From Hwanghaeella sp. (GTDB taxonomy: Bacteria > Pseudomonadota > Alphaproteobacteria > UBA8366 > Aestuariispiraceae), in NCBI GenBank assembly GCA_028282025.1, contig JANQIT010000153.1:4570-68569 (forward strand): a DNA stretch of 64,000 nucleotides, read 5' to 3'. Made by a program: the position numbers and the translations under genes. The notes under the pieces were generated by a model. It was not told the origin of the DNA and made no database searches. It saw nothing but the letters and a program-made list of their open reading frames with translations. Below are positions 18,847 through 27,163 of the stretch, piece by piece (within the stretch, counting starts at the first letter, position 1; the number at the start of each line of letters is the position of its first letter).

Positions 18847-18864
18847 TGTCTATTATAGATGACA
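18847..18864. promoter_or_regulatory. PpsR/CrtJ palindrome TGT-N12-ACA between crtA and bchI
   Basis: TGTCTATTATAGATGACA; an imperfect TGT-N13-ACA follows at 18873-18891. Confidence 0.85.
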
Positions 18865-18956
18865 TACAACCTTGTTTAAGGGAAACTGACAAAATTGCGG
18901 CTTGGGGGTGAGATCTTGAGACAGGAACCTGAGTCTGTTCGAACCTGAAGAGGTGA

Positions 18957-19988
18957 TTGTTCGTGCATCCTGTTTTTCCGTTTTCCGCAATCGTCGGTCA
19001 GGACGATATCAAGCTTGCCCTTAAGATCGCTGCGGTGGACCCGACTGTCGGCGGTGTTCTCATCTTTGGAGACAGGGGGACCGGCAAATCGACAGCGGTT
19101 CGCGGCTTGGCGGCGCTATTGCCCTCCATGAAGGCCGTGAAAAGGTGCCCCTACGCGTGCATGCCGGAAAGACCGGCCGGTTTGTGCGACGCCTGTGGGT
19201 TCAAAACGGAAAGCGGCAAATTCCCGGCACACCAAACACAGGTACCCGTCGTTGACTTGCCGCTTGGTGCGACCGAGGACAGGATTGTTGGCTCCCTCGA
19301 TTTGGAAAAAGCCCTGACGAAGGGAGAGAAGGCGTTCGAGCCCGGTCTGCTGGCACGTGCCAATAGAGGCTTTCTTTACATCGACGAGGTAAACTTGCTC
19401 GAAGATCACTTGGTCGATCTGCTGCTGGACGTCGCCGCGTCCGGCGAGAACCTTATGGAGCGGGAGGGATTGAGTATTCGGCATCCTGCTCGTTTCGTTT
19501 TGATCGGCAGCGGAAATCCGGAAGAGGGCGAACTGCGGCCGCAACTGCTTGATCGTTTCGGATTGGCCGTCGATGTCACGACACCGGAAGATATTGAAAC
19601 CCGCGTGCAGGTGCTGCGGCGCCGAGATTCGTTCGAACGTGATTCGACCGCCTTCCTCAGCGACTGGCAAGAGGACGAAGAAAAGGTCCGGAAGCAGATC
19701 GTATCGGCGAAACGGCGGCTGGATGGGATGCGTGTCGCAGACGAGATTTATGAAACAGCATCCCGTTTGTGCCTTGCCCTCGGGACCGATGGCATGCGGG
19801 GAGAACTGACTCTCCTGCGCGCGGCTCGGGCGGCAGCTGCCTTGACAACAAAACGAACCGTAAGTGTGGACCACTTGAGGCAAGTCGCGGCCATGTCGTT
19901 GCAGCATCGATTGCGCCGCGATCCCCTCGATGAAGCCGGATCGGTTGTTCGCGTTCAGCGCGCTGTTGATGAGGTTTTGGGGCCGTGA
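18957..19988 (+). CDS. bchI: Magnesium chelatase ATPase subunit I
   Basis: FPFSAIVGQ, GDRGTGKST, LPLGATEDR, ANRGFLYIDEVNLL, GNPEEGELRPQLLDRFG. Confidence 0.98.
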   Translation: MFVHPVFPFSAIVGQDDIKLALKIAAVDPTVGGVLIFGDRGTGKSTAVRGLAALLPSMKAVKRCPYACMPERPAGLCDACGFKTESGKFPAHQTQVPVVDLPLGATEDRIVGSLDLEKALTKGEKAFEPGLLARANRGFLYIDEVNLLEDHLVDLLLDVAASGENLMEREGLSIRHPARFVLIGSGNPEEGELRPQLLDRFGLAVDVTTPEDIETRVQVLRRRDSFERDSTAFLSDWQEDEEKVRKQIVSAKRRLDGMRVADEIYETASRLCLALGTDGMRGELTLLRAARAAAALTTKRTVSVDHLRQVAAMSLQHRLRRDPLDEAGSVVRVQRAVDEVLGP

Positions 19989-21769
19989 CAGCCTTCCGAA
20001 GCTTGGTGCCTGGATTACCTGCTTTGGCTTGTCTTGCCGCCACAGTCTTCGCCGTCGATCCACTCGGGCTGGGCGGTGTCCTTGTGCGGGCGGGTGCGGG
20101 ACCACTCCGAGATGCTTGGCTGGAATTCTTGCAGGCGAGGCGTCCTGAGTCCGCACCTTGGCGGCGCTTGCCAGCGACGATCACAGACGAGCGCTTGTTG
20201 GGCGGGTTGGATCTTACGGCGACCTTGGCGAGTGGAGCGCCTGTCCTTCAACGCGGCGTTTTGTCGGAAGTCGACGGCGGCACGCTCGTGGTCCCAATGG
20301 CGGAACGGCTTGATCTAGAGAAGGCGGCCAGCATTGGTTCCGCGTTGGATACCGGCCGGATACTCTTGGAACGAGACGGGTTCACGGAAACCCTCGCAAC
20401 GCGTTTCTCAGTCGTCCTGTTGGATGAGAGTGATCGTGAAGAACCACCGCCCCCACCTTCCATCACCGACCGTGTCGCCATAACACTTGATTTGGAGTTT
20501 GCCGCGTCCCAAGGCGAAGCCGCGGAAGACCTATTCCTTGATGTCGATCGGTCCTTCATAGAGGAGGCTGCGCAGCGCCTTCCGGATGTGGAAGTTGAAC
20601 CTGAAATGAGCAACGCAATTTGCGCGACCAGCATCGCGCTCGGTGTTCGGTCTTCGCGGTCGCTCCTGTTCGCTCAACGGGTGGCGCGGGTGGGCGCGGC
20701 CTTGGATGGCCGTCTGACTGTTTCGAAAGACGACATCGCGCTCGCTTCGCAACTCGTTCTGGCACCACGGGCCACACAACTTCCGCACGCGGAACCTGAT
20801 CCGGACGATAGTCCTCAAGACCCGGAGCGGTCTCCCGATCAGCAGGCACAAGAGGAAAAACAGGACAGTGCCGCTCAGCGTGACAAACAAGAAGCACTGG
20901 AAAACGTGATGATAGAGGCGGCGCGGGCCATGCTGCCGAAGAACCTTTTGGCATCACTCGCTTCGGAAAGTGCCCGGGCCGCACAGTCCACAGTCTCCGC
21001 CCGTATGGGCGCACGTCCAACCCTGGCGAAAAGAGGCAGGCCGGTTGGTGTCAAGCGCGGTGACCCAAAACGCGGCAATCGTCTCTCCATCCTCGACACG
21101 CTGCGTGCCGCTGCGCCTTGGCAGGTTGTCCGGCGTCGCGCTGGCACGCACAAAACGGGGCATGCCTTGGAGATACAGCCCTCGGACTATCGAGTGCGGC
21201 GGTACAAGCAACGTGCGGAATCCGTAACGATCTTCGTCGTCGATGCGTCCGGCTCCGCCGCGCTGCACAGACTTGCCGAGGCGAAGGGCGCCGTGGAGCT
21301 GTTGTTGGCGGAGTGCTACGTGCGGCGCGATCGTGTTGCGCTGATAACGTTTTCGGGCCGCGGGGTCGATGTTGCATTGCCTCCGACTAGATCGTTGGTA
21401 CGCGCCAAACGGCGTCTCGCCGGTTTGCCGGGGGGCGGTGGGACACCGATGGCAAGTGCGATTGACCAGGCATGTATCATGGCTAGGTCGGTTCAACGGC
21501 TCGGACAGCGGCCAGTCGTTGTTTTCCTTACAGATGGGAAAGCGAATCTGACCAGAGATGGCGAGGCGGATAGGCAATGGGCAAGAGACGAAGCTCTCGC
21601 TGCAGCCAGAGCGTTTGCTCATATACAAGCGTCCTCATTGTTCATCGATGTTTCGCCACGACCGCAACCGGCGGCTCAAGAATTGGCGGCCGCCATGCTG
21701 GCGCAATACATCGGATTGCCGCATGCCAGCGCAGCACGATTGAGTGCGTCGATTTTGTTGGCGGCCTGA
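19985..21769 (+). CDS. bchD: Magnesium chelatase subunit D
   Basis: ERLLGGLDL AAA-like domain, acidic/Pro-rich linker, vWA DASGS..LTDG; GTGA overlap with bchI. Confidence 0.96.
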   Translation: MTAFRSLVPGLPALACLAATVFAVDPLGLGGVLVRAGAGPLRDAWLEFLQARRPESAPWRRLPATITDERLLGGLDLTATLASGAPVLQRGVLSEVDGGTLVVPMAERLDLEKAASIGSALDTGRILLERDGFTETLATRFSVVLLDESDREEPPPPPSITDRVAITLDLEFAASQGEAAEDLFLDVDRSFIEEAAQRLPDVEVEPEMSNAICATSIALGVRSSRSLLFAQRVARVGAALDGRLTVSKDDIALASQLVLAPRATQLPHAEPDPDDSPQDPERSPDQQAQEEKQDSAAQRDKQEALENVMIEAARAMLPKNLLASLASESARAAQSTVSARMGARPTLAKRGRPVGVKRGDPKRGNRLSILDTLRAAAPWQVVRRRAGTHKTGHALEIQPSDYRVRRYKQRAESVTIFVVDASGSAALHRLAEAKGAVELLLAECYVRRDRVALITFSGRGVDVALPPTRSLVRAKRRLAGLPGGGGTPMASAIDQACIMARSVQRLGQRPVVVFLTDGKANLTRDGEADRQWARDEALAAARAFAHIQASSLFIDVSPRPQPAAQELAAAMLAQYIGLPHASAARLSASILLAA

Positions 21770-21770
21770 C

Positions 21771-22652
21771 GTGTTCTCGTTCAAGCAACTAGATTTTGAG
21801 ACCGACGGCCAACACTGGCCGCATCGCGAAGCAAGCAGGTTCGTGGAGCATGGGGGCAAGCGGTGGCACGTCCAGCTGATGGGTGCCGGGCCGGTCGTGT
21901 TGCTTCTGCATGGCACCAGCGCCTCGACCCATTCGTGGCGGGATCTGATGCCCATCTTGTCTAAGCATTATACAGTCGTGGCCCTCGACCTACCGGGACA
22001 CGGTTTCTCGACCGTTGCGGAGCGCCGGGATCTCACATTGAATGGCATGGCCAAGGCAATTGTCGGACTGCTGCACAAAATGAAACTCGAGCCTGACTAT
22101 GCAGTCGGTCATTCTGCCGGCGCAGCGCTGGCTATCTGGGCGACCTTGGGCCGTATGATTGAACCAAAGGCGATTGTCTCGATAAACGGTGCCTTATACC
22201 CTTTTAGTGGGTGGGCCGGGCGTCTGTTTCCAGGGGTTGCGAAAGTCTTGTTCGTGAACCGCTGGACCCCAAAGTTTTTTGCCGGTCAGGCCACGTCGGA
22301 CTCAGTTGAGCGCCTCATCAATCAGACCGGCTCCAAGCTGGATGAGGAAGGACTCGATTTCTACCTTCGCCTGATCCAAAACCCCAACCATGTTGCGGCG
22401 GCGTTGGGCATGATGGCGAATTGGAATTTGAATCCGCTGGTCGACATGTTGCCTGTCTGCGAAACGCCGCTGCATTTGATTGTCGGTGCGGACGATGAAG
22501 CGGTTCCGCCTAGTGATGCCCTGAAAATCCTGAAGCTTGTCCCCCATGGAACGCTCCATGAATTGGCCGATCTTGGTCATTTGGCGCATGAGGAGGATCC
22601 CGTCCGTGTCGCGGGGATTATTAAGGCGGCGTGCGCACAGTCCACCGATTGA
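21771..22652 (+). CDS. bchO: BchO alpha/beta hydrolase
   Basis: WPHREASRFV, LLLHGT.ASTHSWR, GHSAG, GHLAHEE; follows bchD. Confidence 0.92.
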   Translation: MFSFKQLDFETDGQHWPHREASRFVEHGGKRWHVQLMGAGPVVLLLHGTSASTHSWRDLMPILSKHYTVVALDLPGHGFSTVAERRDLTLNGMAKAIVGLLHKMKLEPDYAVGHSAGAALAIWATLGRMIEPKAIVSINGALYPFSGWAGRLFPGVAKVLFVNRWTPKFFAGQATSDSVERLINQTGSKLDEEGLDFYLRLIQNPNHVAAALGMMANWNLNPLVDMLPVCETPLHLIVGADDEAVPPSDALKILKLVPHGTLHELADLGHLAHEEDPVRVAGIIKAACAQSTD

Positions 22653-22674
22653 ATTTTAAGTTTACATATCATAC

Positions 22675-22692
22675 TGTAAACTAATGAGGACA
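22675..22692. promoter_or_regulatory. PpsR palindrome at the crtI start
   Basis: TGTAAACTAATGAGGACA (TGT-N12-ACA) overlapping ATG 22684. Confidence 0.75.
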
Positions 22693-24228
22693 GATGATCT
22701 TCATTCCGGGGTGGGCTCCGTCGCAGGTGCCGGTAAGTCGGTACACGATCCGCAAGCGATTGTTGTCGGGAGCGGGTTCGGTGGCCTTGCGACCGCCGTC
22801 CGACTAGGGGCCAAAGGTTATCGGGTTACTGTCTTGGAACGCCTGGACCGTCCAGGCGGTCGCGCAAGGGTACTTAAGCAGGACGGTTTCACGTTTGACG
22901 CCGGGCCGACGATAATCACCGGGCCTGATCTGCTGAAGGAGTTATGGGAACTCGCTGGAAAACGGTTTGAGGATCATATCGATCTTCGGCTGCTTAACCC
23001 ATTCTACTATGTTCGTTTCGAGGACGGGTCGGCGTTTCGCTACAGCGGCGATACCGAAGCAATGCGTGCCGAGGTATCCCGGTTTAACCCGCGGGACGTT
23101 ACCAACTATGACCGTTTCATGGAGCGCTGCCGCGTGGCCTATGAACGCGGCTATATCAAACTCGGAAATCGGTCCTATGACTCTATCCTCGAGATGGTGC
23201 GATTCATTCCGGACATCTTTGCAATGCGCGGGCATCGGTCTGTGTACTCGGTTGTATCGGAGATGTTCGAGGACCCCAGATTGCGCAAGGTCTTCAGTCT
23301 GCATCCATTGTTGATCGGCGGAAACCCTCTGAAGACCACGGCTGTCTACATACTGATCAATTACCTTGAGAAGGCGCACGGTGTGCACTTTCCCATGGGA
23401 GGAACCGGCGCCTTGATCAAGGGGCTGGTCGATCTGGTTGAAGGGGCTGGAAACCGCGTTCGATACAATGCCGAGGTATCGGAGATTTGCGTTAAAGACG
23501 GCCGCGCCACGGGCGTACGCCTCGCAGGCGGGGAGGTCTTGAGCGCGGAACTCGTGGTTTCAAATGCGGATTCGGCCTGGACGTATAAGTATCTTGCAAC
23601 CGACAAGCGTCGCGCCCGGTGGACAGACAGCAAGTTGGATCGTGCGCAGTATTCCAACGGTCTCTTTCTTTGGTATTTCGGCACGGACAAAAGGTATGAG
23701 GACGTGCCGCATCACATGATCATGTTGGGCGACCGATACCGCGGTCTCTTGCATGACATCTTTGATCGCAAGGTCCTTAGCCCGGACTTCAGCCTCTACC
23801 TTCATCGTCCAACCGCCACGGACAGATCTCTGGCACCCGACGGCTGCGACACGTTCTATGCGCTGGTGCCGGTTCCAAATCTGGATGGCGATACGAACTG
23901 GGCCGAACGCGCGGAGGATTTCCGCAAATCCGTCGAGCAGTATCTGTCCGCAACGGTGCTGCCGAACCTTGCGCAGCACGTGGTCACGTCCTCGATGATG
24001 ACGCCCATTGATTTCCAAAGCGACTATCTGTCCTACAAAGGGGCCGGATTTGGAATGGAGCCGATTCTGCTGCAAAGCGCGGGTTTCCGCCCCCGCAACA
24101 AGAGTGAACATATCGACCGGCTGTATCTGGTCGGTGCAAGTACCCACCCGGGGGCCGGAATACCCGGTGTCCTTACCTCTGCCCGTGTCCTGGATTCGGT
24201 GATGCCTCATGCCCATGCTATTGCCTAG
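22684..24228 (+). CDS. crtI: Phytoene desaturase
   Basis: GSGFGGLA FAD motif, FDAGPTIIT, HPLLIGGNP, LYLVGASTHPGAGIPGV. Confidence 0.96.
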   Translation: MRTDDLHSGVGSVAGAGKSVHDPQAIVVGSGFGGLATAVRLGAKGYRVTVLERLDRPGGRARVLKQDGFTFDAGPTIITGPDLLKELWELAGKRFEDHIDLRLLNPFYYVRFEDGSAFRYSGDTEAMRAEVSRFNPRDVTNYDRFMERCRVAYERGYIKLGNRSYDSILEMVRFIPDIFAMRGHRSVYSVVSEMFEDPRLRKVFSLHPLLIGGNPLKTTAVYILINYLEKAHGVHFPMGGTGALIKGLVDLVEGAGNRVRYNAEVSEICVKDGRATGVRLAGGEVLSAELVVSNADSAWTYKYLATDKRRARWTDSKLDRAQYSNGLFLWYFGTDKRYEDVPHHMIMLGDRYRGLLHDIFDRKVLSPDFSLYLHRPTATDRSLAPDGCDTFYALVPVPNLDGDTNWAERAEDFRKSVEQYLSATVLPNLAQHVVTSSMMTPIDFQSDYLSYKGAGFGMEPILLQSAGFRPRNKSEHIDRLYLVGASTHPGAGIPGVLTSARVLDSVMPHAHAIA

Positions 24229-25306
24229 TAACCCGGTCTCAAGTGTTGCCGATCGAAATGCGTGCCGAACACTCATCCGTGGCGGCTCAAAATCGTTCTT
24301 TGCCGCTTCGCTGCTTTTGCCGGGTTCGGTGCGAGACGCAGCATATATTGTCTATGCATTCTGCAGACTGGCGGACGATCACATTGATCTGGGAACGGAT
24401 CAGTACGCGGCCTTGAAAGATTTGAAACAGCGTCTTAACGCGATCTACGCAGGCAAGCCGTTCGATTTCTTTGCTGATCGTGCGCTGACTGACATCGTTC
24501 AAGCGTATGAGGTGCCACGCGACTTGCTCGACGCATTGCTGGATGGTTTCGAATGGGACGCGCAGGGTCGAACCTATGAAACCATTGGGGCCCTTCAAGC
24601 GTATAGTGCAAGAGTGGCCGGAACGGTTGGTGCGATCATGACGGTCCTGATGGGACGCCGAGACGCGGACGTTTTGGCACGTGCCTGCGACTTGGGCGTG
24701 GCCATGCAGCTTACGAATATCGCCCGAGATGTCGGGGAAGATGCCCGGGCAGGGCGGCTTTACCTTCCAATGGAATGGATGCGCGAGGAAGGCGTCGATC
24801 CAGAGACTTTCCTAGCGAACCCGCGCTTTAGCGAGGGTTTGGGCCGGGTGGTGGCGCGGTTGTTGGGCCGTGCGGAGTCACTCTATATCCGGTCAGCCGC
24901 CGGTATCGCGGCGCTCCCCGCCGGTTGTCGTCCCGCGATCAACGCGGCGCGCCGTTTGTATCGGGAGATCGGCTGCGCCGTAAAGCGTAATGGCTTCGAC
25001 TCGGTTACGGCGCGTGCGGTCATTCCGACCGAGCAAAAGGTTGTCCTGGCGCTTTATGCGGGACTGGAGGCCCCCATCTTGTCTCGTCGTGACACCTCAC
25101 CCGCTCTGCCTGAGACGGCTTTCCTGGTTCGTGCGGCGGCGGCTCGAGTTTTCGCGGAGCAACAATCACCGTCATTGATTCCAGATGTTACCGGTGCGGT
25201 TGATCATCGTGTCGGTTGGATACTCGATCTTTTCATGAAGCTTGAAGAACGCGAGAAGCTGGAGCGCGCCTTGGCGGCCTCGGCGCGCGAAGCCGCGGCT
25301 GAGTGA
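24209..25306 (+). CDS. crtB: Phytoene synthase
   Basis: GSKSFFAAS, YAFCRLADD, QLTNIARDVGEDA..GRLYLP. Confidence 0.96.
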   Translation: MPMLLPSNPVSSVADRNACRTLIRGGSKSFFAASLLLPGSVRDAAYIVYAFCRLADDHIDLGTDQYAALKDLKQRLNAIYAGKPFDFFADRALTDIVQAYEVPRDLLDALLDGFEWDAQGRTYETIGALQAYSARVAGTVGAIMTVLMGRRDADVLARACDLGVAMQLTNIARDVGEDARAGRLYLPMEWMREEGVDPETFLANPRFSEGLGRVVARLLGRAESLYIRSAAGIAALPAGCRPAINAARRLYREIGCAVKRNGFDSVTARAVIPTEQKVVLALYAGLEAPILSRRDTSPALPETAFLVRAAAARVFAEQQSPSLIPDVTGAVDHRVGWILDLFMKLEEREKLERALAASAREAAAE

Positions 25307-25318
25307 TCGGAGCTGTAG

Positions 25319-25798
25319 ATGCTAGCCGCTGGGATTATCGTGGCCCTATGTCTTGCGGCTGCTTCAACGGGGGCAATCTTCAAACCCGGTGAGTGGTATT
25401 GGGGCCTCGCGAAGCCATCCTGGAACCCGCCCGACTATGTTTTTGCACCGGCCTGGCTGATCTTGTACGGCATGATTGCCTATGCAGCGTGGCGGGTCTG
25501 GACATTGGCCGAACCTGGAGAGGCTCTGTTCCCGATGATTGCTTTTGGGGTGCAGATTGGCCTTAACGCCTTGTGGAGCGCCTTGTTCTTCGGTTTGCGT
25601 CGGCCGGACATCGCATTTGTCGAGGTGGTCAGCCTCTGGCTTTCAATCGTTGTGATGATGGTGGCGTACTATGGGGTCGATCCGCTCGCGTGTTGGTTAA
25701 TGGTGCCATACCTGCTGTGGGTCACGTTTGCCGGGGCCCTGAACTATGCCGTTTGGCGCTTAAACCGTGATAGTTTGCTATCGTCGAAAGCGGCATGA
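25319..25798 (+). CDS. tspO: Tryptophan-rich sensory protein TspO/CrtK
   Basis: WY..L.KPSWNPP..VF...W, LNALWS.LFFG, PYLLWV.FA.ALN. Confidence 0.95.
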   Translation: MLAAGIIVALCLAAASTGAIFKPGEWYWGLAKPSWNPPDYVFAPAWLILYGMIAYAAWRVWTLAEPGEALFPMIAFGVQIGLNALWSALFFGLRRPDIAFVEVVSLWLSIVVMMVAYYGVDPLACWLMVPYLLWVTFAGALNYAVWRLNRDSLLSSKAA

Positions 25799-25941
25799 GC
25801 GACCTGCCCATTTTCCTGATAGAAGGGATTCTCGTCTTTGGCGGTGCGATGGCGTTCGCGCTTTGGCAAATCCGCGACGTCAACAAACGGCAGGAAGAGC
25901 GCAGGCGCCGCGAAGGGGAGCAAGCGGACGCTCAGGACTAG
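25795..25941 (+). CDS. Small single-TM protein, 48 aa (not in ORF track)
   Basis: ATG overlaps the tspO stop (ATGA); MSDLPIFLIEGILVFGGAMAFALWQIRDVNKRQEERRRREGEQADAQD: hydrophobic helix then charged tail; stop is 4 nt from the convergent crtC stop. Confidence 0.7.
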   Translation: MSDLPIFLIEGILVFGGAMAFALWQIRDVNKRQEERRRREGEQADAQD

Positions 25942-25945
25942 GGGA

Positions 25946-27163
25946 TTACCGGGTCCACCGCGGCATCCTGAACGGCAACAGCATTTGGCACCATCTGCTG
26001 TCGAAACGATCGAGATCCAAACTTTCGTGCACACCGGTCGCCGGCGCCCCATGGACGACGGTTTCAACCTCTGACCGGGCGTAAAACGGCGTATCCTCCA
26101 GTGTTCTGGTCACCGAGGCGCCCGTGCCATTGTCGGACCGTGTCGTGCGCCCGACACGCCAAAAGTTTTTCGGGAGCGGCGCGAGCGGCGGAGGCGTAAG
26201 GGCGGATGCCGACCCATCGGGTCTGAATTTGTAGGCGATCGATCTGTCTTCACCCATCCGGTCAATCAAGTCGTAGAAGACTGCCGTCTCGCTGTCAGGC
26301 AACGCCGCGCGGGACCAGTTCCACGATTGAAACCCTTTTTCCAGGGGTTCGGACCCTCGATTGCTGTCTAGATAGGCGGTGCCCTCCCAGCGCAGGGCGG
26401 GGTGTTTGAATTCGGCGGTAACGCGGGCGCAGGGTGCAATCGGCCACCAGCGGTGCCGACCGTGTTCGTCCAGTTCGAAGTCGACGCTATTCAGGGCCAT
26501 CGGCGTCAGGGTCAGGGTACCGCTTATGCCGCGCGGAACGGGCACGGCGATTTCCTGAAGGGAGATGTGAAGAGATCCGTCCCGCCATTGCATCGAACTG
26601 GGTCCGATCCGGATCTCGTCCTCAGACCGGCTGAGTTGCGCCTTCCCCCGTTCGGTCATCGCCCACCGGGCACCGGGGCGGCCATACAACGCGACATTCA
26701 TCGCGATATGGTTTTCAGGGTCGGTATCACTGCGGCGGCGCGCCCAAGCATAGTAGGGTGAAAACACACTCCCGATGAGTGCGATAATGGTTATCCCGTG
26801 CTTGCCGTCGTCACTCAGGGCGTCGACATACCACCATGCGTAACCGTTTGGGCCTACCGGGATATCAAAGCGAGGTCCTCCGTCACGCAGCCGGCTGCGT
26901 TCAGGCCCGACAGGGCGACTGTCGGCACTCCCGCTCCAGGATGTACGCTGCCCCCGGCCAGATAAAGGCCCGGAACCCGCGTCCGGGCCGTAGGCCGCGC
27001 AAAGAATGCCCCCCAACTGTTTGACGCTTGGCCATAGAGCGCGCCGCCTGTGCCAGGGAACATAGTCTCGAAGTCGTTCGGCGTGGTCGCTACCCGCTGC
27101 GAGGACGCTTGTTCCAGGGTCAGTCCACAACGCGCCAGTGACGCTCTCATATCGCGTTCGCAC
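25946..27163 (-). CDS. crtC: Hydroxyneurosporene synthase / carotenoid 1,2-hydratase
   Basis: PRFD..V..NGYAWWYVDALSDDG, IGSVFSPYY, RWAMTERG, HRWWPIAP, YLDSNRG.EPLE, LEDTPFYARS, HESLDL.RF, LPFRMPR; start uncertain (310-bp overlap with crtD). Confidence 0.93.
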   Translation of the reverse strand: MRTRYESVTGALWTDPGTSVLAAGSDHAERLRDYVPWHRRRALWPSVKQLGGILCAAYGPDAGSGPLSGRGQRTSWSGSADSRPVGPERSRLRDGGPRFDIPVGPNGYAWWYVDALSDDGKHGITIIALIGSVFSPYYAWARRRSDTDPENHIAMNVALYGRPGARWAMTERGKAQLSRSEDEIRIGPSSMQWRDGSLHISLQEIAVPVPRGISGTLTLTPMALNSVDFELDEHGRHRWWPIAPCARVTAEFKHPALRWEGTAYLDSNRGSEPLEKGFQSWNWSRAALPDSETAVFYDLIDRMGEDRSIAYKFRPDGSASALTPPPLAPLPKNFWRVGRTTRSDNGTGASVTRTLEDTPFYARSEVETVVHGAPATGVHESLDLDRFDSRWCQMLLPFRMPRWTR

